The position numbers were made by a program, and so were the translations under genes. Under the pieces are notes generated by a model that was not told where the DNA came from, made no database searches, and worked only from the letters and a program-made list of their open reading frames with translations. Positions 54,400 through 64,000 of a stretch of DNA of 64,000 nt are shown one piece after another; positions within the stretch are counted from its first letter, which is position 1, and every line of letters begins with the position of its first letter. This DNA is from Eledone cirrhosa (lineage: Eukaryota), in contig OZ024741.1 of NCBI GenBank assembly GCA_964016885.1, positions 379,688,001-379,752,000 on the forward strand. The letters run 5' to 3'.

Positions 54400-56220
54400 C
54401 CATGTACATCATTCAAAAAGATATAAAGTTGACCATGGCATGGAAGCTCATTAAACAAGAGGACACCTATTTGTCCAGGCAAAGGCCATAGGTAGAAACG
54501 ATGGGAAAGAGAACAGCGATTTTTTAGATGCATTTCAATGAAGAATCACAAAGCGGTGATTACTCCGAAAGCGGAAGTTAAAGCTGCGCTGAAATGTATC
54601 AGAGATGTCACCCAGTACATAGTGAGAGTTAGACAACAAGGCAACATCTCTGTGCCGATTTCGACAGAAGCAGTCGCTGTGAAACACACATTGACCCCTT
54701 GCAAAACAACATGTACGTACTACTCATACAAGGAAGACAGAACAGTAAGGCTCCGCAATCACAGGATTTCACCCAGACCAGATTTTTGGAAACTCCTGGT
54801 ATGCATGTTTGTGGAGGGAACAGATGCTGTCCCAATCGTGGCAACCAGCACAGCCAGGAAGGACTGTTCCGGTGTTGAATTGGAGATAATTCTCCAAATC
54901 AGGTCAGATAACCTTAAAAAGATCTCGGACCACTTTCGTCTCCAAACAGGACGACACTGCAGATAATGACCTCGGCCAAAATACATCACTGTTTTGCTGC
55001 GGTGAAACAACGCATTTGCGAGCCCTCTGCCTTCAGCACAGTAATTCATTGTGTGGTAAGCCTCTACTGCTACTGACGCCGTGGTTGGGATCACCACCAA
55101 CACCAGCAGGGGCAGCACACCCAGCAGCAACAGGAACTGAAACGCCACCATCAACTTTGACACGCCAGGAGGAAGAAAAGGAAATATCTCCCGTTCCCCT
55201 TCCCGCCAAATACACACGTTGACACAAACACAAACATACACACAGACACAGGCACACTTCCGGACGCATACATCACATCTCCCAGTAGCAACGACGAGAC
55301 AAAATCCCCCAAATCAAAACAACAAAATTCGAAGCACTAGAAAAAGAAGACTCCAAAAACACACACTCATCCAAAACAAAAAAATATACACAAATGAATC
55401 CTCCCCCTCCCATGGGCGTCGACCTTCCCGACCTCCACAAGACCCCGGGAGTTAAGTAAACATTTTCTCTCGCTTTTAGCCGGCCAACATGGCCATCCTA
55501 ATGGAAGGATTTATAAATGTTCGAGGCCTGGGCCGATCCTCGTTGCAGGGGCGTCTTTTGAACGACTTCAGGGCACTGTATATGTATGTGTTTGTTGTCA
55601 GCGTAACCAAGATACCTGAGACGCACGCACTAGAACCCATGTTCGATGACTACCAGGTTTTGCATCTTTTAGTCGGCGGGGAATGGGAGGAAAGGCCAGG
55701 ATCTCGAGGCAAGATCGTTCTACTTCTACCCGGGTGATACGTTGGTGTTTCTGGACGTGAGCAATAACGAAGGTGATGCCTTTACTCTGGTGGCAGTCTA
55801 CATACCGAACGCTGCCAGACGGACGAATTTCTTTAAGCACCTGGAAGACTTCCTGTAAATATATCGCCATTTACTGTTAGCGGGGAACCGGAACTGGATT
55901 TTATTCAATACCTGAGTAACCAGTTACAACTGTCTGACAGATACCGACTAGATTTCCCTAAGTGTGGAACTGGAACAACCGAATTGGGTCATTTAGATCG
56001 TATATATTTAGTTTTTCTATTAAGTCGATAGATGATGATAGTAGAGGTTGTCACATTTTCAAACAGTCGCCTATTTAGATCACAATTTGTGATCTGCTTT
56101 GTTGAGCTCTATACGACACGTAGTTTAGGACCTGATTACTGGAAGTTGAATATGTTGTTCCCGGCACCTAAAGCCTACAGAGACCGAGTCAACAATATAC
56201 GTAAGCAAAGGGTCACAGGG
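54400..56220 (+). pseudogene. Old relic of an L1/Tx1 family related to 21393-33213 (ORF1 + APE, 3'-truncated)
   Basis: DCSGVELEIILQ ~ NWSGSGMELLIQ; GFINVRGLGRSSLQGRLLNDFRAL ~ GSINARGLGSSWKQGHLLNDLRSL; GPDYWKLN..PAPKAYRDRV. Confidence 0.82.
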
Positions 56221-56397
56221 TGTATATTACCTCATAGGTCCTGTGAGGGTGGAGAAGATCAGGTTACAGTAGATATGGAGGTCAGGTCATACGAATGTAT
56301 ATAACTTTTAAAAAATATATATATTGACACAGGACCTATGCCCCCCTCCTCGGTCGCTATGGTCAGAGTATTTGTCAATAATGGCATTATAATATCT

Positions 56398-56895
56398 ATA
56401 ACAACTGGATATATGTCAACACCATACTAGCCCCACTCCCAGCTAGGTCGAGCCTACCAAACCCACAAAGATCGTGGGCCACCTCCGAATCAAATATTTT
56501 TTTCTATATCTTCTCGGTTTTGTGTTTGCCGTATCTACCTTGTTGATAAACTAATTACGCAATCCGAAACTGATGATGTCACCAAGATCTTACGTAACCA
56601 GGCCTTTGAAATACATATAGCGTATTTGCAGGGGAGACTGGAGATTTTCCTTTAATATTTATTGTTGCAAAAACGCTATATGTATTTCAAAGGACTGGTT
56701 ACGTAAGATCTTGGTGACATCATCAGGTTCGGATTGCATAATTAGTTTATCAATCAGGGAGATACGGCAAACACAGAACCGAGAAAATATAAAAACATAA
56801 TACATTAGGAGGTGGCCCACGATCTTTGTGGGTTTGGTAGGCTCCACCGAGCTGGGTGTGGTGCTAGTATGATGTTGACATATATCCAGTTGTTA
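56398..56895. repeat. Diverged inverted repeat, ~230-bp arms, ~35-bp spacer; HHR-like core remnants near the inner ends
   Basis: 56398-56631 versus 56665-56895. Both arms have CTGATGA..GAAAtacataTA, but stem II does not pair. Confidence 0.8.
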
Positions 56896-56953
56896 TATAT
56901 ATATGTATATATACATACACACACACACACACTCATAGAGACATACAGACACA

Positions 56954-57091
<138 letters not shown>

Positions 57092-57784
57092 CATATATAT
57101 ATCTATATCTACATACATACATATATTTATATACATACATAAATACATACATTACACATTTGTGAAATTATAAAACGAGAAGAACATACATACTTATGAT
57201 ACATACATACATGAATATTAAAAATGGAGTTTATTCATTGTATATAGGTATTTAAGCATTCGGTTTCGAATGATTCATGCTTATTGATATATCTTCTTTT
57301 AAATACGTTCTTTGTATTTATTTCTATATTTGCTCTTCCTTCTAGAAAGCTAGGATCTCTTTTATGACAGACATCTAAGCGGTGATTTATATGATATGTC
57401 ATGCCATTAATTCAGCAGATAATTCTGTTAAATGCCAACACATATTTTTTTTTGTGACTTTTACCGTCAATAATTAAATATGACTTATATGTATTTTTTT
57501 CTGAATGTGATTAAATTCTCGTATAACTTAGTACCAAGCTATCATTCGAAATGATTGCATATCACGTTTGAACTGACAAACAGTAATCTCAGTGCAACAA
57601 ATATTTTCTCGCCATCACTATACTGAGTATATTACCGTCTTTCTCATATTCGTAATAAACGCACGCATACACACACGCCATCCTATTGAAGTTGATATTG
57701 ATTGTATTGTATGTATATATATATTTAGAATCCAAATTATATAAACGTTAAGTGTTAACAGTGGACAATTTCATAACTGCTACA

Positions 57785-58110
57785 CGCTCTCTTGTTTGGG
57801 ACAGTGAAAGATAAAATTGTCCATGCGCAAATAGATCTTTTACACTAACATAGCCATTGTTTTCTATGTAATTCACATTCTATATGAATACCGTTTTCGA
57901 TCAGGCATCTATGTAAATACGTTACTTGAATTCTTGTTCCATTACAATGCCAATTTACCTTATTTAACTTTCGTAATACTATTATAAAACAATTATTTTT
58001 CAGGGTCAACATTTTGGATGGAGCTTCCACTAAATTCAAAGCAGTTTAAATACTTCAATGTATACTTTTAAGTTTTGCCTTCATGATCGCAGGCATCAGT
58101 GCTTTTCTAT
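57785..58110 (-). pseudogene. Helitron PIF1-type helicase C-terminal relic
   Basis: PSKMLTLK..IIVLRKLN..HCNGTRIQV..LHRCLIE and DLFAHGQFYLSLSQ match the LRNL..GLCNGTRL and FSHGQLYVALSR motifs. Confidence 0.7.
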
Positions 58111-59152
58111 GAGACAGTCTGCCATCAGATACTTTGAAAATTTATTCTTGTGTAGAAACAGAAAGAGCTTCAAAAGTTAGGGAAATCGAGGTTCCTCAAT
58201 ATAAAGATTTGAAACAAAAGTAAAGCTATGAATAAAACCATTTATATTGATAATATTCTGCACTTATTGCACACCGATTCTCTATACACATAGGTGGTGT
58301 ATTTTGTCAGCTTTTGCATGTTTCTTTGTAAATAAACCTCATTTTATCTAAAATATTTGTTAACCACTGCTTCACTCCATCATTACGCTGGATAGTCCGT
58401 TTGCGTGTTTTGTTGCGTTCGACACGCACGGATGTCATAACCTATCCTTACATTATTCTTTAGAACAAAACGTCAATGAGAAATACCTTGATTCAATAAT
58501 CTAATTTACTGCACGCGTGAACATGTGTAAGCAAAGGCTATAAAAGGAACCCTTTGGTAACGAAACAAATTAGTTCTATGGTTTCTTTCCTTACCCATGA
58601 AATCCGTTGCTATGGAAATTAAAGTATATGTATTTAGGAAGGTGTACTATAATTTAAACCATCACCGAAAGTTTGTATGCAAAGAAAACTTTTCAAAATT
58701 CATAAAACACAAATGATTAAAACAAAACATAAATGCTTTTATTAAAAACAATGTATTAGTGCAATAATATTTAGAAAATATATAAACAGAAAGACAAAAA
58801 TTCGGTTTCAAATTGTTGTTTTGACTTAGTTGTTACATATTATGAACAGTAGCGTATGAACAAAGGCAAATAACGCAACCTTTTATACACATATATAGAG
58901 AGACGTTGAAACATTTAGTAATCCGCATGACTACAGTTTAGTTCCCACACGAATTCTTTTCCAGATAACATTCAAAATAAAGAATTTTAATACAGATTTT
59001 TAATATTTACAGAAATAGATTTTCAAATGTTTAGAAAAATATGATGCTTAAAATGCCATTTATTTATTTATGCATTTATTTATTTATGTTGCAATTCATA
59101 GTTGTAGATTGAGAGTATGCCGGTAGAAAATTTGTTATGGTCCTTATTGACA

Positions 59153-59192
<40 letters not shown>

Positions 59193-59289
59193 GTGTGTGT
59201 GTGGGCGTATACGTGTGTGTGTGTGTGCGTGCGTGTGTGTGTGTGTATGTATTGCAATATGATGTCGAAAATAAATACTCGCAATCAGA

Positions 59290-59478
59290 ATAATTGTTTC
59301 TACTTATGGCACAAGGCCAGCAATTATCTCAGTGTATTACTGGTACTTTATTTTATCGACCTCGTAAGGATGAAAGGCAAAGTTAACCTCGGCGGGATTT
59401 GAACTCAGACCGTAAAGGGACGTAACTGTGCTGCAAAGCATGGCGTCTGACCCTCTACCGATACTGCCAATTCACCAC
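59290..59478 (-). mobile_element. tRNA-derived SINE, same family as 8033-8215
   Basis: Reverse complement reads ttggcagtatcggtagag...ctgagttcaaatcccgccgaggttaactttgcctttcatcc...gtcgataaaataaagtaccag. Confidence 0.78.
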
Positions 59479-60387
59479 CTAATCAGAATAATGACATAGA
59501 ACTTATAATATCGTAACCATTTAAATAGCTCTTTCAGTATTTCCTTAATCAGTATACTTACGCTTGTGTGGCAATATATGTATTTATTTACATATAGAAT
59601 CTGTATATGTGGTATTAGATGTATGTATGCGCAGATAAGTTTCCGTGTAGGCATATAATTGTGTATATTTGTATATTCCTTCCATTTTTCCCTAGCACCC
59701 TATGCACTCACCTCCCAACTCACCTCATGCTTTCCACAGACCAATTAAATTTCTATGACCAAATTCCACTTTTCTATGGTTACACTCACGTCTACATTTT
59801 ATCGCTTTCATCTGACCTCCACTGCAACCACCACCACCCTGCCCATTTCAATCATAATGACCCTTTCTCAATTATTATTGCCCCCTCCTCCGCCTTCTCC
59901 TCCACCGCAAGTCTTCTTAATATATACTATGTCTGTCATTGAAACGTTAGTTCTACTCAGATATACGTGTGTGTTTGTATGTGTCTGTGTATCTGTGTGT
60001 GTGTGTGTGTGCGCGTGTGTGTGCGCGTGTATGTATATATATATATATACATATACATTATATATTTTTTTTTTCAGTGTCCCACGCCTAACATATTGTT
60101 ATTACACTGAGCTATAATTTATCGAGTTATCGATATCACCTCATTGAAGATTGATTTCGAAAAATGCTGATCGCTTCTGCAACTTCGATATATATATATA
60201 TACAAATATAAAGTATCAATCACTCTGTTCAGTGATTTCAAACTGAATCCTTCCTGCCTAATTTCTCTCTCTCGCTCCCTCTTTCACTCTTACACTCTCT
60301 CTCTCTCTCACTCTCTCTCCCTCTCTTTCTCTCTCTATATATATACATACATACATATCACAGAAAAAGAAGAATCAGTGTTGCGAT

Positions 60388-60662
60388 GAAAGAAATTTAT
60401 TGGACATATTACAATTGTTCCTCGAGCGGCAAGCTCGAGGCACAGTTGATATGGTGATCAAACCCGACTCTGAAATCGCGCGGTCCTCTGATACATCTCG
60501 ATTTTAAGAAGCAGATTTTCCAACAATAGGAAAATCTGCTTCGTAGAATCGAGACGTATCCGAGGACCGCGTGATTTCAGAGTCAGGTTTGAATACCATA
60601 TCGATCGTGCCTCGAGCTGTTCGCCCGAGAAACAATTGTAATATGTCCAATAAATTCCTTTC
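60388..60662. repeat. Fold-back element: ~133-bp imperfect arms, 7-nt loop (MITE or hairpin-RNA-like)
   Basis: 60388-60520 pairs with 60528-60662 around aacaata. Confidence 0.85.
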
Positions 60663-60758
60663 TGTGATACCATACTCTGGTCTATGAGGCCATCGAAGCT
60701 CATACGGCGTACCGTATACGGACGCTTTAAGCATCCAACATAAATTATATACATACAT

Positions 60759-60880
<122 letters not shown>

Positions 60881-61024
60881 ATGCAAACAAATGATTAAGT
60901 AAGAAGAAGTAATAGACACAGATATATACCTATTATTTCTTCAAAGTCCCGACTGTACAGTTTCGCTGGTCAGTTTGCAACAATTTTACAATTTAGTAGT
61001 GCAATATCGTTATGAAGGACAACC

Positions 61025-61127
<103 letters not shown>

Positions 61128-61137
61128 CATATGTAGG

Positions 61138-61183
<46 letters not shown>

Positions 61184-61205
61184 CATACATAACACACACA
61201 GAAAC

Positions 61206-61246
<41 letters not shown>

Positions 61247-61789
61247 TGTGTGTTTATGTATGTGTGTTTGTGTGTGCGTGAGTGTGTGTATTTGTGTGGG
61301 ATTAGTTTTAAATTCAATTGATGTTCCAATACAGCATAATGAAATACACACATGAAGAAATAATTAATATTTAACATGTATTATATACTAATACCAGGAT
61401 TAAATTCTATAAATCCTCAGTTATAAACGAAAGATAAAATCACCATATGGTATTTATATAATCACGATATCCTTTGGAATATCAATTTATTTTTATTTTT
61501 CACAATATAAATTGGTTGTTGAGTATTATGAATGAAGTATCTTTTATTTGTGGAATAAACAATTTCCAATATCATTATCAGGAGAATATTCAAATATATA
61601 ATAATCTTTTATTTTTATTTTCGTCTCTAAAACTCCAGCAATATTTGTACAGGAAAAATTATTTTCAAATTTATATTTAATCTGTTTATTTAATATTTCT
61701 TTTTTGGTTGATATTTCTTTTATTTATATAAATATTACAAAAATTAGATATAAACATATTCTAATACACAGCTCAAAAGTGACACAGAG

Positions 61790-62024
61790 GGGACTGGTGT
61801 TAGCTGGACATGCTCACCGACATCCAGAGTTGAAACTGCACTCAATGCTCCTGTGGGAGCCCCTGCATGGATACACTTGAAGAGGAAGACCAAGGTTAAA
61901 GTATGTTGATGCCCTAAGGACAGACACTGGACTGTGGGAGACGCAGGACCTGGCAGCGATAATGAGGGACAGAGGCCGCTGGAGAGAACTCGTCCATGGA
62001 ACTCGGGAATTCTACCCGCCCTAG
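61790..62024 (+). mobile_element. RTE-like LINE extreme 3' fragment
   Basis: LAGHAHRHPE..LLWEP.HG..RGRPRLKYVDALRTDTG..MRDRGRWR, then stop and (TA)n. Confidence 0.7.
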
Positions 62025-62087
62025 ATGTATATATATATATATTAAAATATAAGTATTAATAAAATAGATGTTCCTTTGATCAATTAC

Positions 62088-62140
62088 ATTGTATTATACA
62101 TATTTAGGATGTACAACAGTACATCCTCATCAGACAAAAT
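62088..62140 (-). ncRNA. Hammerhead ribozyme with G12U lesion, in a probable inverted pseudo-LTR
   Basis: attttgt-CTGATGA-ggatgtac(tgtt)gtacatcc-TAAA-tatgta-TA-atacaat. Confidence 0.6.
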
Positions 62141-62339
62141 ATAATGATACATGACATACCCTGAGATGTTAAATGGTTAAGATTTAATCAAGGTAGTGAT
62201 TAACCCGATAGAAAATTTTACTTATATCCTATCTATGAGAAAATGCGAAAACGTAATAAATTCATTAGAGAATGTGTGAGTAATAAAAAAACGTTGCATA
62301 CTGTAAATGTTCTAAAATTTTAAAGTGTATGATACTACG

Positions 62340-64000
62340 ATATATCTAGGAAAACGTCTCATGAATCATGAGAGCCAGTGATAGCCACTGGAAAAATATT
62401 TATAAAGAGGGAAAAATAAATAAATTTTGAAAATAAAGATGCTGAAAGAAAAACCAACAACAATCAGTTTGAATCTTTGTTTAAATCAAGAAAAAATCCT
62501 CCATACAACATACTTCGGGAGGTTTTTGAAACAGAAATGCTCGGCATAATAAAAAAAAATTAAATTTAGGAAAAACCCATATATATGTTACCAATACATC
62601 AGATCTCTAAAAGATAAAATCACAGAAATAAAAAATGTTAATAAAGTATCGGTTAAATCTGACAAAACTAATAATTTATATGGGATAAGCAAAGATGAAT
62701 ATAACGACCTGATTCTGAAAGAACTTAGGAATAATTACAAAAAAACCCCGGCTGATGATCTTACTGAAATTAATGAAAAAGCCTATAAATGAATTACCAA
62801 TCTAGGAATACATTCTTACCTAGACAGCCGAGGATTAACCTGAAGAATCATAAAAGAAACTTTAAGGAAGAGATGCCAGTTAGACTGATTGCTCCATCGA
62901 AATCGCATATAGGAGTAATCAGTAAAAACATCATAGAATATTACCCACTCTTAATTGAGATCTAGTTTGAGCTTATGGAAAGATACAAACCAGGTCATTG
63001 AATGGTACACGAATATTGAAGATAAGAAAAACTCTAAATTCATCCAGATGGATATTACTAGCTACTATGCTTCTATAACACCTAAACTTCTAAATAAGGA
63101 GCTCTAATATGCTTATAAGCATACTGAACTAACCACAAATGAAATAGATATCATTTTAACAGCCAGAGGAACCCTCATTCACTTCAATAACGAATTTTGG
63201 ACACGCTCAGATAGAGATAGAAACATTGATATCACTATGGTGGCATCTGATTCCGCGCAAATCACAGATCTTCTGGGAATTTTCATATTAAACATGATAA
63301 ATAGAAAACTGCCGGAGATTACCGGTGGTTTATATTTTATTTAGGGTGTCATACACAACAATATAGAATTAAATAGAGTTAAGAAAAGTATAATAGAATT
63401 CTTTAAAACATACGACCTTAAATTAGAAGTAGAACATGCTACCAAAATAGTTAATTTTCTTGACGTTACCTTTAACTTAAACAATGGCTTCTATTACCCT
63501 TTTCATAAGCCTAATGAAAACTTATATTATTTTAGTAACTAGTCAAATCACCCTAGATCTGTAAAAACAGCTATAGTAAATAGTGTGCAAAAACGTATTA
63601 ATAAAATATCAGCTAATAAAGATATATTTGATAAAAATCCTGAATACTACAACAACGCGTTAAAAAGAGCAGGATATATGAATAATATAGAATATGTAGA
63701 TAATAACAATCCTAGTATTATTCCTAATAATAATAATAAAAATAATAATAACATATATAAGAGTAACTATAATAATTATAACTCAAACACACATACGCTA
63801 AATAAATCGAGAATACGAACTAGATCTAAACCAGTCGTATGGTTTGCACCCCCGCTTCGGTCGCAGTTAAAACACCAATTGCAAAACTATTCTTTAAAGC
63901 TCTTGACACCTCTTTCCCTACTCAACATAAATACCATTCCATTTTTAATAGACATACCATTAAATTCGCAAATTCTACAACCAGTAACATGGCCCAAAAC
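62340..64000 (+). pseudogene. Naiad-type PLE RT pseudogene, running off the window end
   Basis: KSDKTNNLY, LKNHK.NF..VRLIAP, FIQMDITSYYASI, DITM.ASDSAQITDLLG, VNFLDVTFNL, PFHKPNE..SNHP, WFAPP. Confidence 0.85.

Overview
Repeat-dense, AT-rich eukaryotic (metazoan) DNA, most likely an octopus or other cephalopod. That call is inferred from a recognisable octopod-type tRNA-derived SINE and the (TA)n/(CA)n load. No host protein-coding gene can be supported, and most short ORFs in the track are microsatellite or antisense artefacts. The window holds four kinds of element. (1) At least seven decayed Penelope-like elements (PLEs; Naiad-type and Neptune-type RT + GIY-YIG), several with inverted pseudo-LTRs that carry hammerhead ribozymes (HHRs), including non-canonical cores. 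(2) An ~18 kb nest (17.1-35.3 kb) in which every junction is a (TTA)n tract: R4/Dong-type RLE elements on the minus strand and two full-length, head-to-tail L1/Tx1-type elements on the plus strand. (3) Helitron, RTE, CRE-like and SINE relics plus several fold-back palindromes. (4) The strongest candidate for an undescribed system: a non-coding 466-bp tandem array (50015-51959) with an intact minimal type I HHR in every unit on the minus strand. It looks like a retrozyme or circular-RNA-producing locus and sits directly next to a PLE. All calls come from reading the sequence by eye; no searches or folding programs were run.
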